A stretch of 63,899 nt of DNA, the filler included, from Reclinomonas americana ATCC 50394 (taxonomy: Eukaryota), in the NCBI GenBank assembly GCA_048213135.1. It is 11 parts of 5 records of this genome, joined end to end, with 100 filler letters (N's around TTAATTAATTAA, not from the genome) between each part and the next. Parts side by side here need not be neighbours in the genome. Positions count along the whole stretch, not along the records: positions 33,048 to 37,345 come from PS015507.1; positions 37,446 to 52,892 come from PS015507.1; 9 more parts are not named here. One strand, given 5' to 3'. A program made the translations under genes and the position numbers. This document shows positions 35,901 to 48,843 of the stretch, piece by piece; the stretch's first letter is position 1; the number at the start of each line of letters is the position of its first letter. The notes beneath the pieces were generated by a model. It did no database searches. It was not told where the DNA came from and saw only the letters and a program-made list of their open reading frames with translations.

Positions 35901-37066
35901 GTGGAAGGGATACACAGAAAGCGAAGTGGAGACAAAAGGGCAAGGTGAGGACGAGGTGAGGATTAGTGAGACCAAGAAACAAGGGCGAACTATTGAAAGA
36001 TTGAGTCGAATGAAGGGAGTGCAGGAGGAAAGTCAGACCAAGGTGAGAGATACAACCGGAAGAGATTGAATGAGAGACGAGAGGCACGGTCGTGACGAAT
36101 TAGAAAGCGGTGGCGAGGGCAAGGAGAGCAAACAGAGGAGAGACCAGCAATGTGTCAACAGAGGGGCAGAGAAACACCAAGCTGGGAGACACAACGGGAA
36201 GCAATAGAGTGAGATGCGAAGGGTAGAGATGAGAGACAGATCAACATACAGGCGAAGGAAACGAGATGCAACAGAGTGCAGTGGGAGAGGAAACGGCGAG
36301 CAAGAGAGAGAAATGGGTGAGACTGTGAAGTGAGTGAGTGAGTGAGTGAGTGAGTGAGTGAGTGGGTGATTGTGTGAGGGAAGGAGGGGAGAGGATAAGA
36401 ATGAAGTGAGATTAGAGAGATGAGAGTAAGTTAGGTGCGAGGCAACTCCTCCACGGACACATCGAGAACACTCACCAGTGGCCGTAATCGCCACCAACGA
36501 CGTGGGCGTGGTCAACTGCGCCAACGATCCACTGACAAACACAATCTCCGACAGTGTCAACGTCGGCACCGTATTGCCCGGGATCGACGCCATCGACAAC
36601 AGACTAATCGCCGACGTGCTCGGTGTCGTCACCAACCAGCGCACCAGTGCATTGTCCACGGGAAACGCTTGTAATGTAATCGATGCTTTTATGTAGCGCA
36701 AGTAAGTCACCCCGCCGAGGGGTTTCGGCGGGAACGGAGGACGCAACTGAGTGATGGCAGTGAGACCGTGTCGGTGTAATTTCCGGCGGTCATGCATACG
36801 ACGCAGGCGGGTGTGATGGTGCCTACAGGACACTGCGCCAGGGCGTTTGTCACGGTGCATGGTGTGGTGGATGAGGTGCAGGGCGACGTTGAAGTTGCGG
36901 AGGGCGCGGCATAGACTGTGTGAGAGTGTCAGTCACAGAGAGAGATGTGTGTGTGTATGTGATTGACGAAACATTGGCATGCGGGCGCGGAGGCGACGAG
37001 GAGAGGTATGTGGAAGAGGAGGAGGCACGTGGCTAGCGCCACTGTGAGAAGCCACAATCTTCTCAT
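29587..37066 (-). CDS. Large receptor-like protein: signal peptide, Pmp/pectin-lyase-like beta-helix repeats, Cys-rich (GCC2/GCC3-like) region, multipass TM C-terminus
   Basis: MRRLWLLTVALATCLLLFHIPLLVASA signal peptide. Many FxxN...GGA(I/L/V) motifs (FIANSATSNGGAMF, FNANTALLNGGALAV). TCPPGDG...CIPCSPGFY...CQPCPVGITCLGG...CGGCLPGYS, then TM helices. More than 25 GT/GC-AG introns; the 3' end continues into a gap. Confidence 0.8.
31064..31243. repeat. (TCAC)n / (GTGA)n microsatellite at the start of an intron
   Basis: Long ACTC run. On the gene (minus) strand the intron begins ACG|GTGAGTGAGTG and resumes as a (GTGA)n run. Confidence 0.9.
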
Positions 37067-37213
37067 TGCGCTGGCATTGGTGAATGGTGATTGGCAGGGC
37101 ATGGGACTAATGTGGACGTTCGCTATTCATTTTTGTAACACACTTTCTCTCTCTCTTGCTTGCTCGTTCTCTTTCGCGCGAAGGCGCTGGTGAGAGGGCG
37201 CGAGTCGAGGTGA

Positions 37214-40200
37214 TTACGTGGGATTTTGCATGCGAAGTTCGTAGTCGCCGCTGACGGTGATGTAGCGCACCCATGGCAGGGCTTGGTAGCCGCTGGCCTC
37301 TGAGATCTTCAGGTAGCGGACCTGGTGGAGGGGAAGAAGAATGGGNNNNNNNNNNNNNNNNNNNNNNNNNNNNNNNNNNNNNNNNNNNNTTAATTAATTA
37401 ANNNNNNNNNNNNNNNNNNNNNNNNNNNNNNNNNNNNNNNNNNNNAGGGGAAGGGGAAGGGGAAGAGGGAAGAGGGAAGGAGAAGGGGAAGGGGAAGGGG
37501 AAGGGGAAGGGGAAGGGGAAGGAACAGGGGGAAGGAACAGGGGGAAGGAACAGGGGGAAGGAACAGGGGGAAGGAACAGGGGGAAGGAACAGGGGGAAGG
37601 AAAAGGAGGAGGAGAGTGAGACAACGAGAGAGAGAGAGAGAAAGAGAGTGAAACCAAGTGACCACGAATAACGAAGAAGCGCACACAAAGACGGACAGGA
37701 GACATTCCTGAACCATCTGCCTCCCCTCTCCTCCTTATATCTCACCTGCAATCCCGACACGGTAAAGTACGGAATCTCAAAGTTGACACGAATCGGTCTC
37801 CGCTCCTCCTTCTCCTCGGCTTCCACGCTCGGCAACCCGAATCGTCCGCGCATAATGTACTCCTTGTTGCCGGGGAAATTCTTGATGGTCCATACCACGG
37901 CGTCGAGTTCTGGTGCGTACCGCACTGTGCCGACATTGGTCTGGAATTTGGGCGTGTCGGCGTCGCTGGGTACGGGGATGACAATCTCCACATTGTTGGC
38001 GGTGGAGCGCTCCTTGAATTGTGAGCGCGCCTTGGCCACGAATTCATAGACGCTGTGCGAGTGCGTCTCCACGCGGCTGGTGACCCAGATCAGCGGCTTG
38101 ACGCGCGTGCTCAGGCGGTAGTTCATCAGGTCGAACTGTGTGTGCGAGTGGATGATGAGAAGGAGTGCGACGGGGAAAAGGGAGGGTGTGGCAGACCTCG
38201 CCGTCGGGTGGTACAAAGGAAATGGTCTTGTTGGTGTCGAGAGTGTTGCTTCGCACGCACTGGTGGAATCTGATGTCCTCCAGTTCGACGGAGCGTGTTC
38301 TCGATCCAGAGGCTCCCGCTGTGCGAAGGGATGAATGAGGGAAAGGGAAGGAAAAGAGGAAGCGAAAGGGTGATAGGGGGAAGGAATGTCTCAATGCTTT
38401 CTCAACTCCAATGTGGTAAAGGGTGAAGCGAACGGCCTGATACGGCAGCAAGGAAAGACATCGAATGTTTATCTCTCTCTCGACGATGGATTCTCAGGCG
38501 TGCATTAAAGGTCACGAGCACCAGAGTGAAGATACGCATACAACTCGCAACACACTCTTCTCCCTTCAACATAAGCACTCTCTTTCGACGATGTGTTCGC
38601 ACACACATGCCCATACATCTATGCAGGAAGCACAAGAGGAAAGAGACTGCAGACGGCTGCTGTGTATTGTACCGTTCTCGACTGCTGCATCTTTCTTTCT
38701 CTCCTCTTCTACGACGCATGCACACGAATGTGCCCGCGCAGTGGCGACAAAAAAGCACGCAGCCACGTCCCATTATCTCTCTCTCTCTCCTTCACACTCA
38801 CCATTGGCACCGGCACCCAGAATCCGATCATTGAAGCCGATTTTCAACCGCGGCATACCCGACAGGTACACACGCATCTTTAGTGCGCCGAGCACCTCCG
38901 AGCGCAGCAGCGACCCATTGCTGTTCACCAGCAGGTTGACACTCTCCACCACATCCAGGTACACCTCGTTTTTCCTGTGCACGTTGATGAGACGACGGAG
39001 TGAGAATGGGCTGCTGTGTGTGCACGCGAGCGCAACTTGTAGAAAATGTTCTCACTGCGCCAGCCGACAGGACCTGTGACGGCCGCCGACAACTTGGCGT
39101 CCTTCTTGTCCAGCTTGTGGTACTGTGAAAAGGAGAAGGGAGGGAGAGAGGTGAGGAATGGAGAGGGAGGAGGGAGAGGGTAGAGTAAGGATATAGAGGA
39201 GGGGAATTAGAGGAAGCGAGAATGGGAGAGAAAGCAGAGGCAGGGCCAGGGCGAGAGAGAGGAATAGACGAAAGGTGATAAATGGCGCAAGGGAGAGGAG
39301 AGGGAGGTAGAGAGAGGAATAGTGCACGCGGGGAATGAGAGAATGAATGAGAAAGCAGACGAAGGGAGAGGGAGAGGGGGAGAGAGGGCGGCAGAGGAAC
39401 AGGGAGAAAGGGAAGGTAGGCGGTGAGAAGAAATGAAGGAGAGAAAGGGGAGAAAGGAGAAATGGAGAGGAACAGTAAAAGTGAGAAAGTATGCGAGCGA
39501 GAGACTGAGTGAGGAGGAGTGAGAGAGGAACACAACTGAGTGTGGCAAAGCGAGTGCATAGAGTGAGGGCCAGAGAAGGAGAGTAACAGAGAAAGGAGAA
39601 AATAGAGCGGAACAGTAAGAGTGAGATAGCATTAGAGCGAGCGACAGGGATGAAACACAACTGGGTGCGGCAGAGTGAGAGAGTGCATAGAGTGAGGGCG
39701 AGAGAAGGAAAGGAGATGGTAATAGAGAAAGGAGAAAATGGAGAAGAACAGTAAGAGTGAGAGAGCATTAGAGCGAGCGACGGGAAGCGAGGGATGAGTG
39801 CGGCAGAGTGAAAGAGTGCAAAGAGGAAGGAACGTATGCGCAACAGGAGCAATCTCCCATCCATTTCCCTTCTTTGAGCACGCACCTCCTGCGTGATGTA
39901 GTCTTGCAAAACACCGCTCTCCACCGTCTGTGGGAAGCCAAAATCCATGACCTCGTCCAGCAACTCATACACAATGACAAAGTTGTCGCGGATGCTCTCC
40001 TCCTCGACCTCCTTGAAGTACTCCTGGAACACGTGCAGCAGCTTGTACAGGAACTCGAAGACCATCATGATTTGCGTGTTGACTCGGGTGACGCCGACGA
40101 CTGCGGAAGGGGGTGAGGGGGAGGGTGAGGAGAAGAAGGAAAGGGCGATGAGGACGAAAGCGACACAAGGTATCGATCAGGAGTCGAGTGCGAGAGGAGA

Positions 40201-42105
40201 TATACATGTAGCGACGCGATTCCAAACAAACAAGGAGTGTGAGAAAGGAGAGCCAAGAGAAGGAGAATGGAAACAGAAGTGCAACAAGTCTCGAACGCAT
40301 CCTACATGATTCCCAACTAAGCCAACCCAGTCTATCGACAGGATCCTTTCGCTGTGAATGGATGACTCTCGACTCGCCACGCCGCCATGGGCCTCTTTCT
40401 AAGGTGGCAGTGATCAGCAGAAAACGTGCTATTGTGCCTCTTGTACAATGAATCAACGCGTGTGAGCGGCTGACTCTCAACTCGTCTCGATCGCAGAAGC
40501 TTCTCAGACGTGCATTACACGTGACCTCTGCAGCCCACAGGCTCCCAATCATTCTCGCACGTGCAACGCGCAACACTACAGAAGCTCAACTAGCCTTGCA
40601 TTCTCTCTACTCGTCTCGCTCGCAGAAGCTTCTCAGAGGTGCATTGCACGTGACCTCTGCAGCCCAGAGGCTCCCAATCATTCTCACATGCTGTGCAGGC
40701 TTTCTCTCATTCTATGCGTCATCGCCTGACTGTCAACTCGGTTCGCTCGCAGAAGCTTCTCAGACGTGCATTACACGTGACCTCTGCAACCAAGAGGCTC
40801 CCAATCCTTGAAAGTCAACCCTTCTCACAAGTGCAACTCTATGCTTTGCAGGCTTTCTATCATTCACCGCTTGACGGTCAGCTCGTCTCGCTCGCAGAAG
40901 CTTCTCAGAGGCGCATTGCTCTGCAGCCAATCCTGATCTCGAATTACAGTCAATCATTCTCACAAGTGCGACTCTATGCTGTGCAGGCTTTCTCTCATTG
41001 AACGCCTTCACAACTTGTCTCGCTCGCAGAAGGCTCCCACTGAACGCTCGACTCTCGACTCACAAATGAACCGTCTGAAGATGGCCTTCTCCCCACATTC
41101 CCTTCCCCTTCTCTCTCGCTGTCTCTCTTCCATTACCTCCTTCTCTTGGTCATCTATTCCCCTGCTCTTCCCCTTCCCCTTCCCTCCTCCTTCCAACGCA
41201 ACAATACAGATTGTTATGCTTGATAAACGCATAGCTGACGCCATTGTCCTCAAACACCGGCTTCACATTCGAATCCTCGCCCTCAATCACAACCACTATG
41301 CAACAAAGAAAAACAACAAAAAAAACAAAAAGAGTAAATGCAACGTTTCGATTATTTTCGCGCGCCATGTCCACTTGTCACAGAAAAACACAAACAAAGA
41401 GTGCAACGAGTCTCAACAGCACACACTCTGAGAGAGAGAGTGTGTGTGTGTGTGAGAGAGAGAGGCAAGAAGTCTTTCTTTCTCTCACAGAAAGAGTCTC
41501 TCTCACTTGTCTCACTCTCTTTGCACTCTTGCCTCTCTCTACCACGCACACACACACATACACACACACACAAAGAGAGAGAGAGAAAAGAGTGAGAGTG
41601 CAAGAGCGTGCAAACAGAGAGGCAATCAGTGAAGTCACACTGACACACACACGCACGCTTGTCTCTCTCTCACACACACGCACATATACACATGCACACA
41701 CACACACAGAGCAAGAGAGCGTGTGTGAGGAGAGAGGAGAGAGGAGAGAGCGCACAAAATGACAGTGCAACACGTGTCTCTCACTTGTCTCACACACTCA
41801 CTCTCTCACAGACCTCTCTCTCTCACACACACATACACACACACACACACGCATACACACACGCACACGCACACACACACGCACACACACACACACACAC
41901 ACACTCCCACAATCTCTCATGCCCTTTTCCTGCCACTTTCCTGCACTTTTCCACCCATTCTCCTCTCATTCTCCTCTCACTCTCTTTCATGTGCTACGCA
42001 ACAACCGAAGCGATCGGGGGCGTTGTGAGGGGCGTCGCCGCGATATCGCCGCGAGATGACCACCTTGCCCTTCAAATCAATCACATACACTGCTGACAAG
42101 CCCAT
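37214..42105 (-). CDS. AP1M: AP-1 adaptor complex mu subunit (8 exons)
   Basis: MGLSAVYVIDLKGKV...IKHNNLY...EEESIRDNFVIVYELLDEVMDFGFPQ...KNEVYLDVVESVNLLV...VELEDIRFHQCV...FEIPYFTVSGLQVRYLKI...YQALPWVRYIT. Near-continuous match to mu1. Confidence 0.96.
37446..37605. repeat. (GGGGAA)n plus 13-mer (GGAACAGGGGGAA) tandem repeat in last AP1M intron
   Basis: Seen directly. Confidence 0.85.
40475..41040. repeat. Intronic tandem repeat, ~5 copies of ~125-145 bp (AP1M intron 2)
   Basis: TCGCAGAAG(CTTCTCAGA) recurs at ~40491, 40620, 40748, 40893 and 41024. A separate ~130-bp repeat lies at ~39470-39790 in intron 3. Confidence 0.85.
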
Positions 42106-42260
42106 CTCTTACTCTTCCTCCTCTGCTTCTTCTCTCACACTGACACACACGCCTCTTGTGAGCTCTGTCTCTGCGCTGCTGTGCAAATGGCCAATTGAAC
42201 GAAATTGAAGTGTCGAGCCATTGTCCCTCCCGCGCATTTGTAAGGAAACCGTTTCTTGGA
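42106..42260. promoter_or_regulatory. Putative bidirectional promoter between AP1M and the gene at 42261
   Basis: About 155 bp between divergent ATGs; contains CCAAT at ~42191. Confidence 0.4.
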
Positions 42261-43278
42261 ATGAGCGACGCGAGAGAGATTGCCATGTCAGACGATGACT
42301 CCCCCTTCAAGTTTCACTTGCACCACGAGCGCGAGGAGGATGAAGACCAAGGACCGCCTGTGCACAAAGACAATTTTGAGGTTGTGTGTTTGCGTACGCG
42401 TGTGTGTGTGTGTGTGTGTGAGAGAGAGATGACGTACGTCACTCACGCGCACGCTCACACAGCACGCCCTGCTTTATGCGACTGCCACAATTGAGGCGTC
42501 GATGGAACGCGAGTATGACGCACGCCTGAAGGCCGCTCTGGTGTGTGGTCACTCTTCTCTTGCACTCCCTCAGAACCTCTCCTCCCTCACACCGACGCAT
42601 GTCGTGCAGGCTGACGCGCGTGCCGCGCATGCTATTGCAGAGGCCGCGCGCGCTGAGACGCTTGCTGACGCAAAGGCAGCGCTGGCAACAATTGCCAGGC
42701 GGGCAGAGGCGTCGATGGAACGCGAGTATGAAGCACGCCTGAAGGCTGCTCAGGTTTGTGGTCACTCTTCTCTTGCACTCCCTCGGAACCTCTCCTCCCT
42801 CACACCGACGCATGTCGCGCAGGCTGACACGCGTGCCGCGCAAGCTATTGCAGAGGCCGCACGCGCTGAGACGCTTGCTGCACAACTGCAGACAGAGACA
42901 CGTGACGCAAAGGCAGCGCTCGACACACTGACCACGCGTGTCGTGGATTTGGAACGCATGGTCAAGAATGCCGGCCTTGCTGAAGTCACAGTCCAGGTGG
43001 CTGTTGGCGAGGAGCAGGTGGTGCACGTGCTCAGGGAGGCTCGGTTCCTCGTCCCCAACAACATGCCGGTCGGGTGTCCTGCGTTCCTCGAGGTCGTCTC
43101 CCAGCGCGCCAACTTTGACCTGAGTACTTACGAGTGCACCGTCGTCGACCAGCGTGGCAACAACATCGGTGGCAAACTGGTTGGCGCCCGCGGTGACCTG
43201 CGCGTTGTTTGCATGTCGCCGCCACCGCCGCCAGCTGAACAGCCACTGCCGCGGCAGGCCCACTGTGATATAATGTGA
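42261..43278 (+). CDS. Hypothetical coiled-coil protein with internal exon-intron duplication and C-terminal CaaX (CDIM)
   Basis: ATG 42261 or 42285. Introns start at GAG|GTTGTG (~42381), 42541-42609 and 42754-42822. Repeated EASMEREYxARLKAA / ADxRAAxAIAEAARAETLA. Ends PRQAHCDIM*. Confidence 0.65.
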
Positions 43279-43627
43279 AATGAACTGTGAACGTGCACTA
43301 GTGTGACCGCATCAAGCGATCGAGTCGGCGATCGTTTTTCCCAGGCTGCAACATGTACAGCGCGCGAGCGATGCTGAAGAGGTCGACACACGGCTGAGCT
43401 GTTCACGACTCCGTGTAAAGCTCGCAGTCGTCGTCTGTAAGCTCTCCATCCCCACCACCAAATCCCCGTCCTCTGCTTACTCTAAAGAACACAGAGCTTG
43501 AGCGGCCATTGTTGTTTCCCGCAATCACCAAATCTGGCAAATTCACTGCCGGCGTGTTCGCATTTCATTCAACGCACTTGCTCGTGTGAGAAGAGAGGTG
43601 GTGTGGGGGTCATTGCGCACTCCAACC

Positions 43628-46600
43628 ATGGCCTCCTCTCGTCGCCTCCCCCTCCTCCTCTCCACCCTCTGCGCCCTCCTCCTCCTCTTCACCATCCTCG
43701 CCATTGACTCGGCCTCCGCGTTGCACCCGTTCCACGCACTGGCGCCTCCGCAAATCGCGCCCGGTCCGCGCACACGAGGCGGCAGTGCAGTCTACATTGA
43801 TGATGAGTGGGGCAGTGGAGGCGGCCCGCCACACTCGCAGTGCTTTACCGACTTGCAGGCGCTCATGGCGAGAACATACCCCAATGCTGCTGCAATGGTG
43901 AGCATACACAGACACATGCACACACACACTTAACACTTCTCCTCCCTTTCTTTGCTCTCTTGTGCATGCTCTCGCGTGTGTGCACAAGTGTGAACGGAAC
44001 TTTAATGTGCAAGTTTGTGTGCTTGTCTTGCTCTTCTCGCTCTCTCTCTCTCGCTCGCTCTCTCTCTCGCTCGCTCTCTCTCTCTCTCACACATACGCAC
44101 ACACGCACGCATGCACACTGTGTGCAAGTGTGTGCAACAGTGGAGAACGGAACTTTAATGTGTGTTCAAGTTTGCGTGTTTTCGTGCTCTTGTCACGCTC
44201 TCTCGTCTTCTGTCTCTCCCCACTCACACTGCGTCTCTTCTCTTGCCTTTGTGCTGCTGCTGCCGATACTTGTCATGTTCCGACTTATTGATTGACCGCT
44301 CAAATGCTCTCTCACTCTTTCTCACTCACACCCTTTCTCGCCTCCCGCGCAGCTCATTGAGGCCACTGGCAAGACGATCCCCAACGACGCAGGTGCGTTT
44401 GTTTGTCTGCGTTTGCGAGTGTTTGTGTGTGACATCTGATCAGCAAATGTCTCACACTTTTCCCTTTTCGCCCTCCCCTCTCTCACACACACAGGCAACT
44501 ACGACGCATGCGTGCTCATTCCCAACGCGCACTACTGCCTCCTGCAAGTGATTTCGTCGACCACCAACTTTACTTCATCGTCGTACGAGGTCGACATCGA
44601 CTCGGAGAATTCTCCTGTGTATGACTATGAGCAGAAGAAGGTCGGCGACGGTGCCGTGACGATTCCGATTACGCAACTCGGCATGTGCGTGCCGCTTTCG
44701 TGCAACAATACCTCGTTGCCGCCGGCGGTGCAGTACTTTTTGGCCGAGTACAATCTCGTGCACATTCCCGAGGGAGACTTTGTGTCGGCGTGCACGCTGG
44801 AGACGACGGATCACTCGGATGGGTCGCTGCCGACGGGTGCGATTGCGATGGTGGTGGTGTTGTCGGTGTTTGGTCTGTTGATGGTGCTGGGCACGACCAT
44901 TGAGCTGTTTGGCTTGTTTGGCGTCAAGTCGAGCAAGAAGACGGAGGGTGCTGGTGGTGCGGCGGGCGGCGCCAATGGCATTCTGTCGCCGACGCCGGCG
45001 TCGGCGGCTGCCACTGGCAAGATCGGCAACGGCAATCCGCCCAGTGAGCGCGACTCGCTGCTCGATAACGGTGCGCGTGCCATCCCCATATCTCTTTCCC
45101 TCCTCTCTTGCTCATTTTCCTTCCTCTTCCTCGTTGTGTCCACCAGGCTCGGTCGGCAGCTCACCAAGCGGCCGCCACATCCCCGCTCTCGGCTCGATGG
45201 CCGGTCTCTCCTCGTACAGCGACATGACGTCGATCCAGTCGCAGGATCTGAAGCGCAGCAGCTACGCAGACGCCGACGGCAGCAACCAGCGCCGCAAGCC
45301 GCGCAAGTCGTGCATGCAGATCCTGGCCGACGTGCTCGCATGCTTCTCCGTCATCACCAACTCGGAGAAGTTGCTGGCGCCGTCGCCGGATCCGTCGCTG
45401 GCCAGTCTCAATGGCATTCGCGTCATCTCCATGTTTTGGATCATTCTCGGCCACACGCAGTCGTACTCGCTGACGCTGCCGGGTCTCACCAATCTGGTGC
45501 AAGCGACGGCGCAGGGTGGCGTCATTACGCAGTGGCCGATTGTGTTGATCAATGGCGCCGAGTTTGCCGTCGACACGTTCTTCTTGCTCAGTGGGTTCCT
45601 CGTGGCGCACTTGTCGTTGAAGGAGTTGATGCCGTTGCAGAGGCCGGGAGGTGAGGGGTGGAGAGGGGGGAAGGGAGGGGCAGAGGAGGATGAAGGGGGA
45701 AGGGAATAGGAGGCAGAGGTGGCTAGTGCAAGTTTGTAATTGTGCTGTGTCAGGGCAAGTGAGCTATTGGTTGCTATCCATTTGTGGTGCTCTCCTGCGT
45801 CGTGGCAAGTTGGTGTGTTTTGTGTTCTCTTTCGCCCAGTCATCTGTCACACGCACTGCCTCTTTAGACGTTTCTCTGACGGAAGCGTGTGCTGTCCCTA
45901 CTTCTTTGTTTCTCTCTTCGACGCGTCTGCTGCAATTCAGAGAAGCTTAACAACATATTCAAGGAATGACTCACATGCTCTCTCTCTTCTCTTCCACACT
46001 TTGGGCAGACATTGTCGCCCTCTCTGTGTAAGACTTTCCTGTTTCGCTTGTGCCGTCTCCTATATCTGGGCATGTCATCTTCGATGGCTTGGTGTGTCGT
46101 CTCAATGCTTTCCTCCCTTGTGTGCATGATCCACTGCGTCTATTCTTTCTGCTGCATGCTGATTCCTTCTCGCTCTCCTGCCCCTGCCCGTCCGTTCTCC
46201 TTCTCCCTTCATTCGTGTCAGTTTATTCACTCGTTTCCCACACAGAACGCCAGCGCAAGGGCCGCCTCAATCTGGTGCTGTACTACGTGCACCGCGTGTG
46301 GCGCCTCACGCCGTCACTGGCACTCATCCTGCTGGTGTACTGGAAGGTTTGGTATTCTCCCCCTCTCTCACCTCACAAATCTCCAATCATCTCACTTCCC
46401 CTCTCCCTCCCTCTCCCTCCCCCCCTCCCAGCTCACTCCGTACATTGCCGAACCCGGACCCTTCTGGTGGGAGTACCAGCAGTTCGTCGACGTCGGCTGC
46501 AACAAGTACTGGTGGTCCGACCTGCTGTTCATCGACAACCTGTACCCGTCCAAGTGGACCGACGGCTGCATGGCCTGGCTGTGGTACTTGGCCAACGACA

Positions 46601-48843
46601 CGTTGCGTCGGCCTCCTTTTGAAATTGAGTGGCTCCCCTCATCTTCACTCACTCTTTCCCTCTTGCAGTCAATTCTACGTCATCACCCCCATCTTCCTGT
46701 TCTCGTACAAGTTCCGCCGCTGGCTCGGATGGTCGCTGCTGTCGCTGTTCACTGTCGGCAGCCTCGTGTCCACGGTGCGTCACCTTTTTGCACCAGCATT
46801 ATCATCATCTTGTGAGGCTCACCCGATCTTCCCCTTACTCCAGGCCGTCGTCGTGCACCTCAATCCCATGACGTTGTACCCGCTCGATACCACCGGCAAG
46901 ACCGAGGCCTACATCACCAACGTGTACTCGAAGCCGTGGACGCGCATCAACACGTACCTCATGGGTATCGCGCTCGGCTTTGTGTTTGAGTGGCTGGAGA
47001 AGCGCAACCAGGAGCAGGCCTCCTCGGCCGCCGCCACCACGACGTACGTCTCGCTGTACGACACGCCCGCGGGTCCAGTGGGGCAACCGCGCTGGTTGAT
47101 GATCCGCAACTACACGGTGTACGTGGTCTCGTGCACCATTATGTTGGCGTGCGTTTTCGGTGCCTACGACTTGTTCCATCACCGCTCGTTGAGCTGGACG
47201 CAGACACAGGAGCTGTTCTACATCAGTTGCGAAACTAGCAAATTGATTGTCTGTGTCTGCGCAGTATCTCACTGTCTCGTGCCAGCGTTTTCGCGATTTG
47301 GCTGGTCGTTTGCGATTGCCTTGCTGGTGTGGGTGCTGGCCACGTCGGTGAAGCATCCGTTGCGTGCATTCTGCTTGGCGTAGGCACCGGTGATGGCGAC
47401 GATGGATTGCTCACACTACGCGTCTGTGTATATGTGCAGATCGTTCCCGCACATCAAGGTCGACAACATTTGGCGGAGGTTCCTCAGCAGCGCCTACTGG
47501 GCGCCGTTTGCGCGTCTCACCTGTTGCGTTTGTGTGTCGCTGAGAGGGGAGAGTGGCAAAGTTGTGTGTGGTGGTGCTTACGGTCGGTGGCGAGCAGACT
47601 CGGCGTACTTGTTGCACCCGATTACGATTCGCTATTTCTTCGCCTCGCGCAAGACGTTTTTCATGTACACTGGACAGGTGAGCGGCGGGGGGCGAAGGGG
47701 AAGGGGAGAAGGAGGGAAGAGGCAAGGGAGAAGCAACCGTGCGTGTTGGAGAGGGACATTAGAGTGAGTCGTGTAGATGGCACCTGGTATCGTGGTGTGT
47801 CTTCAATTATGCGTCTAGTTGTTGGTTCGTATTGTGAAGGAATCGTATCTGCACGAGGTAGAGCGTGCTGAGTCTTCTCTCTCTCTGTCAACGTCCCCCT
47901 CTGGGTGACAGAGTGCTGAGCTTCCTCTGCCTCTCGCTGCGCTTGTCTGTGCGTGTTGTGCGTTTGCGCATGTCCGTGTGCTGAGCTCTTACTGTACTCG
48001 TGTCACATGGTTGTGTATGTGAGAGTCATCTTCTTTCGCACGCTGCACTTGCCTGTGGAATTGTGTGCTGCGGTGTGTGGTCGTTTGATGTGAGAGTGAG
48101 AGTGAGTTCTGTGCCTTCTCTCTTTCTCGCTGTGTGTTGTGCGCTTGTTAATGCTCGTGCACATGTCCGTGTGTTGAACTCTCTCACTGTGCTCGTGTCA
48201 CATGGTTGTGTATGTGAGAGTCGTCATCAATCTCTCGCGGCGCTTGCCTGTGGAATTGTGTGCTGCGGCGTGTGGTCGTTTGATGTGAGAGTGAGAGTGA
48301 GTTGTGTGCCTCCTCTCTTTCTCGCTGTGTGTTGTGCGCTTGTTAATGCTCGTGCACATATCCGTGTGTTGAACTCTCTCACTGTAGTCGTGAGTGTGTA
48401 TCCGTGCGAATGAGAGATTGCTCTTCTGTCTCTCGCTGCGCTTGCCTGTGGAATTTGTGTGCTGGGGTCTTCCTCCCCGCACATGTGCGTCTGTGGTCGC
48501 GCAATTGTATATCCGTGCGAGTGAGAGAGTTCTGAGCCTTCTCTTTCTCACTGTGCTTGCGAACATGCGTGCTATTTGTGCGCTGATGAGCCCGTGTGCT
48601 GTCTGCGTGTGCGTTCTCTTGATTGTGCAGTTGTGCATTCTTTCTTCTGAACTCTTCTCCCGCTCCCTCCCCTTCCCTCACCTCCTTCCCCTCCCACAGA
48701 GCGTGACGGTGTACGCCATTGCCAACATTCTCTGGGCCTACGTGCTGGCCTACGTGGTGTTTTTGGTGGTCGAGCGACCCTTTATGAACCTCGAGCGGTT
48801 CGTTTTGCCCCATCGCCGCAGCCCAGCCCAACCACAGAAGTAA
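43628..48843 (+). CDS. NRF-6/OACYL-like acyltransferase-3 family membrane protein (12 exons)
   Basis: Signal peptide and NRF domain (GNYDAC...LGMCVPLSC). LNGIRVISMFWIILGH, AVDTFFLLSGFL, HRVWRLTP, CMAWLWYLANDTQFY, YSKPWTR, FARLTYSAYLLHP, VERPFMNLE. Confidence 0.93.
47930..48560. repeat. Intronic tandem repeat (~200 bp; two near-exact plus degenerate copies)
   Basis: CTCGTGTCACATGGTTGTGTATGTGAGAGTC...GCCTGTGGAATTGTGTGCTGCGG at ~47997 and ~48192, partial at ~48440. Confidence 0.88.

Noticed and set aside
42541..42822. Near-identical introns as Introner elements
   Set aside because: Flanking exon sequence is duplicated with them and no copies were seen in unrelated genes, so this is local tandem duplication.
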